This document shows, in pieces, positions 34,515 through 43,881 of a DNA stretch of 64,000 nt. This DNA comes from Chloroflexota bacterium (GTDB taxonomy: Bacteria > Chloroflexota > Dehalococcoidia > Lucifugimonadales > Australimonadaceae). Position 1 is the stretch's first letter, and every line of letters starts with the position of its first letter. The DNA lies in contig JAPPHT010000060.1 in assembly GCA_028874795.1 (NCBI GenBank), positions 15,498 through 79,497 on the forward strand, read 5' to 3'. The position numbers were made by a program, and so were the translations under genes. Under the pieces are notes generated by a model that saw only the letters and a program-made list of their open reading frames with translations, ran no database searches and was not told the DNA's origin.

Positions 34515-37500
34515 TCAGCTTGCGGGCGCGGTATCGGGCGCGGGTTGCGGACGGCGGAGGAGCCTGCCCCAGAGCCGGGGGATGCTGTCGTTGAACAGCA
34601 TGTAGACGATCGGCAGGACGAGCAACGTGAGTCCGGTCGAGCTCATCAGGCCGCCGATGACCACCGTGGCCAGCTCCGCGCTGATGAGCCCGCCGCTGCC
34701 CTCGGTGGCCACGGCGAGCGGCAACAGGGCGAAGCTGGTGGTGAGGGCGGTCATCAGGATGGGGCGCAGGCGCACGCGCGCGCCGGAGACGAGGGCGTCG
34801 TAGACACCCATCCCCTTTGCCCGCTGCTGCTCCACGAATGCGATGAGGACAATGGCGTTCGTCACGACGATGCCGATGAGGAGCAGCATGCCCATCATGG
34901 CGGGCAGCCCGAGCGAGCGCCCGGTTACGGCGAGCGCCGCGAACACGCCGATCAGCGCAAGGGGCAGCGTCGTGATGATGACGAAGGGGTTCCGCAGCGA
35001 GCCGAGGCTGGCGACCATGACGAGGTAGACGAGGACGATGCCGACGGCCATGGAGATGAAGACGGCCTGGAAGCCCTCGGCGATGTCGGCGAAGATGCCG
35101 CCGCTCTCGACGCTTACGCCCGCCGGGAGTTGCAGGGCGTCGATCTTCTCCTGGACCCGGACCCCGACGGCCTGCGCGTCGTCCCCGACGATGTCGGCAG
35201 TGATGCCGGCGGAGCGCACGCCATCCGTGCGGCTGATCTCGACGGGGCCCTCGCGCATGGAGAGCTCGGCGATCTGCGCCAGGGGCGCGGAGCCGACCTG
35301 CCCCGCGACGATGAGGGAGCCCACGCCGTCCAGCCCGCCGGCGGCGCGCGCGTCGCCGGAGACCACGACGTCAAGGGTCTGGCCGTCTATCGTCACGGTC
35401 GTCACGGTCTGGCCGACGAGGTAGAGGCTGAGCTGCAGGGCGACCTGGCGCGTGGTGAGGCCCAGGAACGCTGCCTTCTCCGGGTCCACCTCTATCGCGA
35501 CCTCGGGCCGCGCCTGCGTGACGGTGTTCTCCAGGTTGACGATGTCCTCGACGGAACCGAGCGACCCGGCCAGCTCGCGGGAGACGACGGCGATGTCGTC
35601 GTAGTCCGGGCCGGTGACGACGATATCGACGCCGCCTGCCGGCGGGCCGTTCGCGATCTCGGTCACGCTGACCTTCCGGCCCGGCCTGTTGAGCTCTTCC
35701 CTGAGCACCTCGGCGGTGTTCTCAGGCGCATCGTCCCTGAGTGTGACGAAGAACTCCGCACGCCGGGACTGCCCTCCGCCGGAGAAGAAGCCGAACTCGG
35801 AGGCGCCGATGGTCACCGCGTAGAGGTCCGAGACGTCGTTCAGCCGCTCCTCTATCTCGATGACTGTCGCGAGGGTCTGCTCCGGGGCGGAACCAGGCGG
35901 CATGACGACCTCAATCTGCAGGCTGTCGGTCTCGCCGCCGAAGAGGTTGACGGGGATGATGGTAGTCAGGCCGAGGCTGGACACGGTGATCGCGAAGGCG
36001 GCCAGCAGCGTGACCAGCCTGTGACGCAGCACCCACCGGAGGATAACGGTGTAGACGCGCTGCAGCGCGGTCTCCGGCAGGACCAGTTCGCCCTCGTCGC
36101 CAGCTCCCTCCGGCAGGTCGCCGGGGCGCAGCAGGTACGCGCCGAGAACGGGCACCGCCGTCAGTGCGACGAACAGCGAGGCGATGAGCGCGAAGGTGAC
36201 CGTGAGCGCGAAGGGCGAGAAGAACGCGCCGAAGAGGCCGGGGATGAACGCCAGCGGGAGGAAGACGACCACGGTGGTCATGGTGGAGGCGAAGATGGCG
36301 GGGCCGACCTCAGTGGTGGCCTCGAGCGCGGCGCGCCACCGCTCGCGTCCGCCCTGGATGTGGCGGTAGACGTTCTCCAAAACGACGATGGAGTCGTCCA
36401 CGACGCGTCCGACGGAGATGGCGAGTCCTCCGAAGGTCATGAAGTTGAGCGTCATGTCCTGCGAGAACATCAGGAGGATGCCGGTGAGCACGCTGAGCGG
36501 GATGGAGAGCGCGATGACGAAGGTGGGGCGCAGCGTGTTGAAGAAGCCGCGCACGACCGTCGGGCGGATGGTGAACATGAAGGCGAAGACCACGCAGACG
36601 GCGAAGAAGAAGCCGAAGATGGCCTCTCTGGCGAGGGTGTCGATCTGCCGCTGGATGTCGGGGCCCTGGTCCGCGACGACGACTATCTCGACATCGGGCG
36701 GGAGCCCTTCGATGCCGTCAAGCGCGTCGTTGACCGCCGTCGTCACGTCGACGGTGTTGGCGTCAGGCTCCTTGGTGATGGAGACACCAATGCCGGGCTT
36801 GCCGTTCGTGCGGTTGATGCTGTCGGGCGTGCCGTTCCCCAGGGTAACGGTGGCCACGTCCGCAAGGCGCACGGGGCCGGTGGTCGCCGAGCCGCCGACG
36901 ATGAGGTCCTCGATGTCCTGCAGCGACTCCAGCGTGTAGGTCGTCTTGGCGATGACGGCCTGCGAGCCGTCGAAGAGCAACCCGGCGGGGAGCGTGAGGT
37001 TGTTCTCGCGCAACGCACCCGCGACCTGGAACAGGGGGACGCCGTTGGCCGCCATCTTCTCAGCGTCGACGGTGATGCGGACGCTGCGGTCGACGGTACC
37101 GGCAAGCGAAACGTCCATGACGCCATCGAGGCCTGAGACCTCCGGCACGATGCGCGACTGCACGATCTCCTGTATCTCGGGCAGGGGCCTGTCCGATATG
37201 ACGCTCACCTGGATCACCGGGAAGTCGTCCGGATTGAAGCGCCCGACGTCCGGCTCCTGCACACCATCCGGGAACTCGACGCCGCCCACGGCGGCTTCGA
37301 CAGCAGCCTGCGCTTCCGCCATGTCCGTGCCGTAGCGGAAGTTCGCGAATATCGCTGACCTGCCCTCGGACGAGGTGGACTGTATCGACTCGAGCTCCGG
37401 GGTATCGGAGATCGCACGCTCGATAGGGTCGGTGACCGAGCGGACGACGGCCTCAGGGTCGGCGGAGGGGTAGGCCACGAATACAGCCACCAGCGGGAAG

Positions 37501-37625
37501 TCGATCTGGGGGAAGAGCTCGACCTGGAGCGAGCGGTAAGCGGCCACTCCCGAGCCCAGCACGAGGATTATCGCAAGGACCGCCACGGTGGGGCGCCGCA
37601 GGGCCATCGACGTCAGGAAGCTCAC
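34515..37625 (-). CDS. RND superfamily efflux transporter permease (AcrB/HAE-like)
   Basis: 1036 aa with the typical N-terminus (FLTSMALRRPTVAVLAIILVLG), two large extracytoplasmic loops and 12 TM segments. No adaptor or outer-membrane factor gene is adjacent. Confidence 0.92.
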   Translation of the reverse strand: MSFLTSMALRRPTVAVLAIILVLGSGVAAYRSLQVELFPQIDFPLVAVFVAYPSADPEAVVRSVTDPIERAISDTPELESIQSTSSEGRSAIFANFRYGTDMAEAQAAVEAAVGGVEFPDGVQEPDVGRFNPDDFPVIQVSVISDRPLPEIQEIVQSRIVPEVSGLDGVMDVSLAGTVDRSVRITVDAEKMAANGVPLFQVAGALRENNLTLPAGLLFDGSQAVIAKTTYTLESLQDIEDLIVGGSATTGPVRLADVATVTLGNGTPDSINRTNGKPGIGVSITKEPDANTVDVTTAVNDALDGIEGLPPDVEIVVVADQGPDIQRQIDTLAREAIFGFFFAVCVVFAFMFTIRPTVVRGFFNTLRPTFVIALSIPLSVLTGILLMFSQDMTLNFMTFGGLAISVGRVVDDSIVVLENVYRHIQGGRERWRAALEATTEVGPAIFASTMTTVVVFLPLAFIPGLFGAFFSPFALTVTFALIASLFVALTAVPVLGAYLLRPGDLPEGAGDEGELVLPETALQRVYTVILRWVLRHRLVTLLAAFAITVSSLGLTTIIPVNLFGGETDSLQIEVVMPPGSAPEQTLATVIEIEERLNDVSDLYAVTIGASEFGFFSGGGQSRRAEFFVTLRDDAPENTAEVLREELNRPGRKVSVTEIANGPPAGGVDIVVTGPDYDDIAVVSRELAGSLGSVEDIVNLENTVTQARPEVAIEVDPEKAAFLGLTTRQVALQLSLYLVGQTVTTVTIDGQTLDVVVSGDARAAGGLDGVGSLIVAGQVGSAPLAQIAELSMREGPVEISRTDGVRSAGITADIVGDDAQAVGVRVQEKIDALQLPAGVSVESGGIFADIAEGFQAVFISMAVGIVLVYLVMVASLGSLRNPFVIITTLPLALIGVFAALAVTGRSLGLPAMMGMLLLIGIVVTNAIVLIAFVEQQRAKGMGVYDALVSGARVRLRPILMTALTTSFALLPLAVATEGSGGLISAELATVVIGGLMSSTGLTLLVLPIVYMLFNDSIPRLWGRLLRRPQPAPDTAPAS

Positions 37626-37825
37626 TCGCGTATCTCCTTACTCCCGGCTCCGCGCGGGAACAGGAGACAGCCGCGTGGCGTCAACTGCGGGTCCGTACGG
37701 GTTTCTGTCGGGGGACACTGGTCTATCAGTAGCAGCTTAAGGATACCTGATTCCGCCTGGGGGTAGCTGGTCAATATCAGATACGGCGCCCGGTGGACCC
37801 CGGATCTGTCGCGATGCGCATGTCC

Positions 37826-37901
37826 TGGCCCGCCCGGAGGGAATCGAACCCACGACACTCGGTTCCGAAGACCGATGCTCTATCCGCTGAGCTACGGGCG
37901 G
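37826..37901 (-). tRNA. tRNA-Arg (anticodon UCG), CCA encoded
   Basis: Manual cloverleaf fold: acceptor CCGCCCG/CGGGCGG, D arm GCTC-AGCGGATA-GAGC, anticodon arm TCGGT-CTTCGGA-ACCGA, T arm GTGGG-TTCGATT-CCCTC (one U-U mismatch), discriminator G, then CCA. The C1-G72 pair is unusual. Confidence 0.85.
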
Positions 37902-37983
37902 GCGCCTTTTTCGATTGTACTATGCCCCGAGCGTCGCCTGCTCTGGTAGGCTGTCCGCACGATCAGTTGAGGAGCAGGATGTG

Positions 37984-38622
37984 ATGACCAGTCCCGAGGG
38001 GCGCACAGATGCACTGCGCAGGGCGACCGACGCCGTAGCGGAGGCTGACCTCGAACGGATGCTCCTTCACCCCGAAGAGATGCCGTCGGAGCTTGCCGGG
38101 TTCGTCGTCGCCCGTGAGGGCGAACTGGACAACGGAACGATGGCCGAGCACGGCTTTCCAGGACAGACGGAAGAGTCGATCCGGGAGGCTGGCCGCGTCG
38201 GCGGTTATCTGCGGGAGATCAGCCGTGAGTTGGAGGAGGAGCCGGAGGGGGGCCTCATCGTGAGCGCGGGCATGGTGGCGCACCTCTTCAACGACGGGGC
38301 ATCCGTCGAGCGCTGGATAGACGAGACGTTCCTCACGGAGTTCGTGGGCAACGCGGGCCGGGTGCTGGACAACGGCCACGAACTGCTCCACGCGGAGGAG
38401 GTGCCGGTGTCCGGCTTCCACGGGAAGGCGGCAGGCGTCTTCGCCGTGCACGACGTGCCGGTGGGCGTCATCGGCTCCACGATCGTCGACTTTGCGCTCG
38501 GCCGGCTGCTGGGCGTTGCGTTCGTCGTGGCGCTGGGCGGCAGGGAGCACCTGTCGACGGCGCGTGAGCTTGGTCTGCGGATGGAGCGCCGCTTCGTGAG
38601 CGTCGCGCTGGGCGGGGACTAG
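37984..38622 (+). CDS. Hypothetical protein
   Basis: Internal ATG (MTSPEGRTD) of ORF 37915..38622. It shows coding-like composition but no recognised domain. Confidence 0.45.
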   Translation: MTSPEGRTDALRRATDAVAEADLERMLLHPEEMPSELAGFVVAREGELDNGTMAEHGFPGQTEESIREAGRVGGYLREISRELEEEPEGGLIVSAGMVAHLFNDGASVERWIDETFLTEFVGNAGRVLDNGHELLHAEEVPVSGFHGKAAGVFAVHDVPVGVIGSTIVDFALGRLLGVAFVVALGGREHLSTARELGLRMERRFVSVALGGD

Positions 38623-38632
38623 GCGGGGTCTG

Positions 38633-38806
38633 TTCACCCCCATCCCCGTATCGAGTACGGGGCAGGCTCTAACCTTCCCCCGTCAAGGGCTGGCAGGGGT
38701 ATGTAGAGAGCACCAAGGCTGCGGCAGGCAGGTGGCCCCCTCCTCCCACAACCCCACCGCGTGCGCTGCCCGCGCACTCTGGATTCCCGCTTGTGCGGGA
38801 ATGACG
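38633..38806. repeat. Hairpin-module cluster (F6 variant ... F3)
   Basis: ttcacccccatccccgtatcgagtacggggcaggctctaaccttcccccgtcaaggg and ctggattcccgcttgtgcgggaatgac. Confidence 0.8.
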
Positions 38807-38894
38807 AACGCGGTCGACACCCGACTCAGACGCTCCTTGCTCACGCCTGTTTCCGCCCGTTACATGCCCCTGTCAGCCCGTCAGGGGGAAGAGA

Positions 38895-41126
38895 TCAGGC
38901 GTCGCGCTCCCGGAGCGCGCGGTAGACCTTCTCCGCGGTGACCGGCGCATCAGCGATGCGGACACCGACGGCGTCGGCCACGGCGTTCGCCACGGCGGCG
39001 CCGATCCCCTCGATGGCGTACTCGCCGATGCCCTTCGTGCGGTACGGCCCGACGCCCTCCTCGGACTCGACGAGCGCGGTGCGCAACTCGGGAAGGTCGG
39101 CGATCGACGGCATCTTGTAGTCGGCAAGACCGGGATTGACGACCCGGCCGCCCTCGAGGAGGAGCTCCTCGGTGAGGGCGTGCCCGATGCCCTGCACTAC
39201 GCCGCCGTTGATCTGCCCCTGGTGGCCGATGGGATTGATAACCACACCGACGTCGTGGGCGCTGGTTACCTTCAGCAGTTCGATCTCGCCGGTCTCCGGG
39301 TCGACGCGCACCTCGGCGACCTGCGCCATCGCCGATGCCACGGGAGAACGCTCCTCCTCGTTGTTCGTTGCGCTCCCCGTGACGGGCGCGCCGGCCTGCG
39401 CCACGAGCCCGGCCCAGGGCGTCGATTCGCCCGTGTCGGTGCGCCTCACGGCGTCGCCGGACAGCGCGATGCGCTCAGCGGGCCAGTCGAGCAGGCGCGC
39501 CGCGAGCCGGAGCAGCTCGGCCCTGGCGCGCGTGGCGGCCTCGTATGCGGCCGGTCCCGCCACCCGGGTGACCCGGCTGGCGCCGACGCCGGAGTCGAAC
39601 GGCGCGTCGTCCGAGTCCCACGCCCGTACTTCGATGTTCCCCGGAGCGACGTCGAGCGCTTCACCCACGATCTGAGCGAGCGCGGTATACGAGCCCGTGC
39701 CCTGCTCGAACACTGAGGTATGCAGGAGGACGGCGCCGTCGGGCTGGAACGTAACGGCCGCCGAAGAGACGCCCTCTCCCTGGTCCTTGTAGGAGAGCGA
39801 GAAGCCGCGTCCGACGTATTGCGGTTTGGGGTCGTGATAACCGGACGCCCGGACGGCGGCGTCGACGGTCTCTTCGGGGCGCATGATGAGTCCGGGCATG
39901 CCGTTGGCGAGCCCCTCTCCGCCGCGCACGAGGTTCCTTCGTCGCAGTTCGAGGGGGTCGAGCCCGAGGCGTTGGGCGATGACGTCCATGTGGGACTCGA
40001 TAGCGAAGTTGGCCTGCACGGCGCCCGGTCCACGGAAGAAGCCGCCGGGGATGGTGTTGGTGTAGGCGTGGACGGCCTCGATGCGCGTGTGGGGGATGCG
40101 GTAGGGTCCGGCGGCGTGGCTCGCGCCGGGCAGGTTGACCGCCGGGACGGGCTTGAAGCCGCCGTAGGCGCCGCTGTTGAAGAGGATGCGCGCCTCGTGG
40201 GCGGTGAGCGTGCCGTCGCGTTTAACGCCTGTGCGCATCCGTACGACACTGGGGTGGCGGGGGTTGGCCGCGGAGAAGTCCTCGGTGAACGTCATAACGC
40301 TCTTGACCGGCCGGCCGGTCATCCGGGCGAGGAAGTAGCAGGCGGGGATGTCCATGGGCGACCCCTTGCCGCCGAAGTCGCCCCCGATCGTCGAGTGCCG
40401 GACGACGATCCGCTCAGGGTCGAGGCCCAGCGCGCCGGAGAGGTCCTGCTTGAGGCGGTGGGGCGCCTTGTTCGGCGCCCAGACCTGCAGCCGCGCGTCA
40501 TCGTCGATCCATACGACGCACGAGTGCGGTTCGAGGTACGCCTGATGCGCGCGCTGAGTGGTGTAGACGCCCTCCACGATGAGGTCTGCCTCGGCGAATC
40601 CGCGTTCCGGGTCTCCGCGGCCCCACACGTCGCTGGTCAACGCGTTCGTCGGCCGGGGAGCGGGCGCGGGCAGGCCGTGGTAGGTCTGCATGTCCGGATG
40701 CAGGAGCGGAGCGCCGTCGGCGAGAGCGTCCTCGGGCTCCAGCACGGCGGGTAACTCCTCGTACACGACTTCGATCAGGTCGACGGCCCGCTGTGCGGTC
40801 TCGGCGTCGTCGGCAGCCACGGCGGCGACGCGCTCGCCTGCGAAGCGGACGCGTTCGTGGGCGAGCACAGGAACGTCGCGCAGGCGCCGGCCGTAAAGGA
40901 CCCCGGCGACGTCGGCGCCGGTCAGCACGGCGTGAACACCGGGGAGCCGCCGGGCCCTCGAGGTGTCGATGGAGACGATCCGGGCGTGCGGATAGGGGCT
41001 GCGGAGAGCCTTCATCCACAGCATGCCCGGCAGGTCGGTGTCGGCGGCGTAGCGGGCTGCGCCCGTGGTCTTGGCGACACCGTCGACGCGCGGGGCCGCT
41101 GTTCCGATCACATGGTAGGCCTGCAC
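38895..41126 (-). CDS. Xanthine dehydrogenase/aldehyde oxidase family molybdopterin-binding large subunit (CoxL/XdhA-like)
   Basis: 743 aa with N-terminal VIGTAAPRVDGVAKTTGAARYAADTDLPGMLWMKALRSPYPHARI (a/b hammerhead), then FGGKG and Mo-cofactor binding domains. Confidence 0.9.
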   Translation of the reverse strand: MQAYHVIGTAAPRVDGVAKTTGAARYAADTDLPGMLWMKALRSPYPHARIVSIDTSRARRLPGVHAVLTGADVAGVLYGRRLRDVPVLAHERVRFAGERVAAVAADDAETAQRAVDLIEVVYEELPAVLEPEDALADGAPLLHPDMQTYHGLPAPAPRPTNALTSDVWGRGDPERGFAEADLIVEGVYTTQRAHQAYLEPHSCVVWIDDDARLQVWAPNKAPHRLKQDLSGALGLDPERIVVRHSTIGGDFGGKGSPMDIPACYFLARMTGRPVKSVMTFTEDFSAANPRHPSVVRMRTGVKRDGTLTAHEARILFNSGAYGGFKPVPAVNLPGASHAAGPYRIPHTRIEAVHAYTNTIPGGFFRGPGAVQANFAIESHMDVIAQRLGLDPLELRRRNLVRGGEGLANGMPGLIMRPEETVDAAVRASGYHDPKPQYVGRGFSLSYKDQGEGVSSAAVTFQPDGAVLLHTSVFEQGTGSYTALAQIVGEALDVAPGNIEVRAWDSDDAPFDSGVGASRVTRVAGPAAYEAATRARAELLRLAARLLDWPAERIALSGDAVRRTDTGESTPWAGLVAQAGAPVTGSATNNEEERSPVASAMAQVAEVRVDPETGEIELLKVTSAHDVGVVINPIGHQGQINGGVVQGIGHALTEELLLEGGRVVNPGLADYKMPSIADLPELRTALVESEEGVGPYRTKGIGEYAIEGIGAAVANAVADAVGVRIADAPVTAEKVYRALRERDA

Positions 41127-41197
41127 GCGGCCTCCTCGTTCAGTCCTGCGCCACGGGAGCGGACCGCCCCCGGCGTGAGCGTTGCGCCGGGCCGGGG

Positions 41198-41521
41198 CTA
41201 GTTCTTGCGCGGGCCCACGGAGACGTCGCCGTCCTCCACGCTCACCTCGTAGACGGGCAGGGGGATCTCGGCGGGCGGCGCGGTGACCTCACCGGTAAGG
41301 ACGTTGTACCGCGTCCCGTGGCAGTCGCACTCGATCTCATCGAACTCGTCCACCGCGCCGTAGAAGAGGTCGCACTCCTCGTGGGTGCACATGTTGTCGA
41401 AAGCGATGACCTCGCCCCGCAGTTCAGTGACGATGACCTGGTTCTCCCCAACCTGGACGACCTTCAGTTCGTTCGCACTCACTTCGTCGCGTGACGCGAC
41501 GCGCTCGTAGCCTTCCGGCAT
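41198..41521 (-). CDS. Rieske [2Fe-2S] ferredoxin-type protein
   Basis: 107 aa with CTHEEC (CxH) and CDCHGTRY (CxxH) Rieske ligand motifs. Confidence 0.85.
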   Translation of the reverse strand: MPEGYERVASRDEVSANELKVVQVGENQVIVTELRGEVIAFDNMCTHEECDLFYGAVDEFDEIECDCHGTRYNVLTGEVTAPPAEIPLPVYEVSVEDGDVSVGPRKN

Positions 41522-41542
41522 GTCGCACTCTCCTTGTTCAGA

Positions 41543-41583
41543 TTCACCCCATCCTAACCTTCCCTCGTCAAGGGGGAAGGGAC
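41543..41583. repeat. Single hairpin module (F6)
   Basis: ttcaccccatcctaaccttccctcgtcaagggggaagggac. Confidence 0.75.
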
Positions 41584-41590
41584 AGGGGCG

Positions 41591-42334
41591 CTAGAGGACA
41601 GAGCCGCCTCCATCGTTCCTGAGGGTCTGTCCGTAGAGGTGGCGGGAGTCGTCGCTGGCGAGGAAGAGGGCGACGCTTGCCTGCTCCTCCGGGTAACCCG
41701 CGCGACCGCCAACCAGGTTGTTGGTCTGCCGGTCCTCCATCGCGATCATGCCGCCCACCTGGGAGCCGGTGATGCCGGGGGCGATGGCGTTCGTACGGAT
41801 GCCGTACTGCGCAAGCTGCACCGCCATGTCCATCGTCAGCGTCACGATGGCGCCCTTCGCCATGTCGTAGGCGACGCGCTGCTTGTTGCCGTTGAACGCG
41901 GAGCCGGACGAGAAGTTGACGATCGCTCCGCCGCCGCCCTGCTTCACCATCTGCTCAGCCACGTACTTGCAGGTGAAGTAGGTGCCGTTCTGGGTCACCT
42001 CGATGATCTTCCGGTACTCCTCGTCGTCCAACTCGAGCATGGGCTTGCGGTCGGAGATGGCAGCGCAGTTCAGGAGGATGTCGATGCGGCCGTAGTGCTC
42101 CACGACCCTGGCGATCATGTTCTTGACGTCGTCGACCTTCTGCACTTCGCCTACGACGTACATGCACTCGCCGCCCTGCTCCGCGACCTCTTCGGTCACC
42201 GCCGCGGCACGGCTCTCCTCCATGTCGAAGATGGCGATCTTCGCGCCCTCGGAAGCGAAGAGCTTGGAAGAGGCGCGGCCGATGTTCCTGCCGCCTCCGA
42301 CGATCACTGCGACCTTGTCGTCGAGCCTGCCCAT
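41591..42334 (-). CDS. SDR family oxidoreductase (FabG-like)
   Basis: 247 aa with VAVIVGGGRNIGRA (TGxxxGIG-like), NCAA, and the YDMAKGAI catalytic YxxxK. Confidence 0.88.
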   Translation of the reverse strand: MGRLDDKVAVIVGGGRNIGRASSKLFASEGAKIAIFDMEESRAAAVTEEVAEQGGECMYVVGEVQKVDDVKNMIARVVEHYGRIDILLNCAAISDRKPMLELDDEEYRKIIEVTQNGTYFTCKYVAEQMVKQGGGGAIVNFSSGSAFNGNKQRVAYDMAKGAIVTLTMDMAVQLAQYGIRTNAIAPGITGSQVGGMIAMEDRQTNNLVGGRAGYPEEQASVALFLASDDSRHLYGQTLRNDGGGSVL

Positions 42335-42438
42335 GTATGCACCTTCCCGATTCTTGTTTGAGGACGCGCGCCGCGCCCGGCGGCGATTCTATGCGAACGG
42401 GCGTGGACGGGAAAGGGCGCGGGGACGAGCAGGGAGGC

Positions 42439-42515
42439 TGGGGTGAGCGGAGGGAATCGAACCCTCGATCTCCAGGGCCACAACCTGGCGTCTTAACCCC
42501 TCGACCACGCCCACC
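42439..42515 (-). tRNA. tRNA-His (anticodon GUG) with encoded G-1 and CCA
   Basis: Manual fold: G-1 plus GTGGGCG acceptor, anticodon arm CCAGG-TTGTGGC-CCTGG, T arm GAGGG-TTCGATT-CCCTC, discriminator C pairing with G-1. Confidence 0.9.
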
Positions 42516-42712
42516 ACGGAAGGCACATTGTAGCAGAGGAGCAGCCGACACTGGACATCGGCGACTGCAGACGAGGTGGTGAACCGTGCCCGGAAGGCAA
42601 AGAGGCAGCTTTGCGCATCCTTGTCCGGTTCACCAGCGCCTGGCAGACGTATACGCTGTCTTCCTCCCGTGGCGCACGGCCTGAGGGCCGATTCGGGGAG
42701 GGAGGAAGCGTT

Positions 42713-42940
42713 GTGGTGAAGACGACTGGAATAACCCAGTTGATGACCGTCCTTGCCTTGCTGATAGCCCCCGTGGGCATGTTCCTGACGTACAACGGCA
42801 TCGACGACCTCCGCGTTGTCACCGTGACCGCGTTCTCCGTAGCGTGGCTGTCGATGTGGATGCTTGCCTACTACCGGAAGTCGACGCTGCAACGGGTCCG
42901 TGCGTGGAAGCAGTTTCCAACCGTCCCCATTCACAAGTAG
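42713..42940 (+). CDS. Small two-TM membrane protein (hypothetical)
   Basis: A GTG start is preceded by gggagggagga. The 75 aa include two hydrophobic helices (LMTVLALLIAPVGMFL; VTVTAFSVAWLSMWMLAYY). Confidence 0.35.
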   Translation: MVKTTGITQLMTVLALLIAPVGMFLTYNGIDDLRVVTVTAFSVAWLSMWMLAYYRKSTLQRVRAWKQFPTVPIHK

Positions 42941-43098
42941 CGGAAGCCTTCCCTCGAACAGCCGTACGTCTCCAGCAATCGCGTTCCTTCACGTCCCGCC
43001 GACGCAGAAACGCCGGCGGGCGCCGCATGCCGCCCGGGCCTGAGAAGGGTATAGTCTGGGTGAACACGGCAGAGCGGAAACCAAGAGGAGAGGATGCC

Positions 43099-43869
43099 AT
43101 GGCAGAAGAGGTGAGAAGGTTCAGATATCCAGGCCCCTCGGACCCCGGTGGGCGCGACCGCGGCCCCGAGCGGGGCCTTTCGCACGATCTGCTGTACAAC
43201 CACATGGTCATCAGCACGGTACAGGTGATGGGGAAGGGACAGGGCACCGGGCTCCACCACCACAACGACCAGGACGGCTACTGGATGGTGCTTGCGGGGA
43301 AGGCGCGCTTCTGCGGTGAGGGCGACACACACTACGGCGACCTCGGCCCCATGGAGGGCATCTTCATGCCCCGCTACACGCGCTATTCGTTCGAGAGCAT
43401 CGACGATGAGCCGTTGCAGATCCTGCGCGTGAGCCAGCTGCGACCGGTGGAAGGGAAGTCCCAGGCGAGGGCAATGGACACAGGGAACGAGGTGAAGCGC
43501 TTCAGCTACCCGGGCCCCACGGACTCCAGGGCGCGCGACCGCGGTCCGGACAAGGGCCACTCATACGACCTGCTCTACAACGACAGCATGATCAGCACGG
43601 TGCAGATCATCCAGAAGGGGCAGGGGAACGCGCTGCACTATCACAACGACGAGGACGGCTACTGGCTGGTGCTTTCCGGCAGGGCGCGTTTCTTCGGCGA
43701 GGGCGACATCCACTACGGCGACCTCGGGCCCATGGAAGGCATGTACACGCCCCGCTACATCCGCTACGGCTTCGAGTGCATCAGCGACGAGACGCTGCAG
43801 GTCCTCCGCGTCAGCCAGATGCGGGAGATGGAAGGAAAGCCCGGAACACCGGGGATGGTTGTACTCTGA
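43099..43869 (+). CDS. Bicupin protein (tandem duplicated cupin domains), unknown function
   Basis: ATG after gaggagagg. Two units of about 125 aa share roughly 70% identity (EVRRFRYPGPSD...LHHHNDQDGYWMVLAGKARF... versus EVKRFSYPGPTD...LHYHNDEDGYWLVLSGRARF...). Confidence 0.75.
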   Translation: MAEEVRRFRYPGPSDPGGRDRGPERGLSHDLLYNHMVISTVQVMGKGQGTGLHHHNDQDGYWMVLAGKARFCGEGDTHYGDLGPMEGIFMPRYTRYSFESIDDEPLQILRVSQLRPVEGKSQARAMDTGNEVKRFSYPGPTDSRARDRGPDKGHSYDLLYNDSMISTVQIIQKGQGNALHYHNDEDGYWLVLSGRARFFGEGDIHYGDLGPMEGMYTPRYIRYGFECISDETLQVLRVSQMREMEGKPGTPGMVVL

Positions 43870-43881
43870 GCCACGCCGCCG

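Noticed and set aside
34545-37136. 863-aa ORF on the plus strand
   Set aside because: It is antisense to the RND transporter gene. The translation is dominated by D/E/G/R/H runs and has no domain logic, so it is a high-GC artefact.
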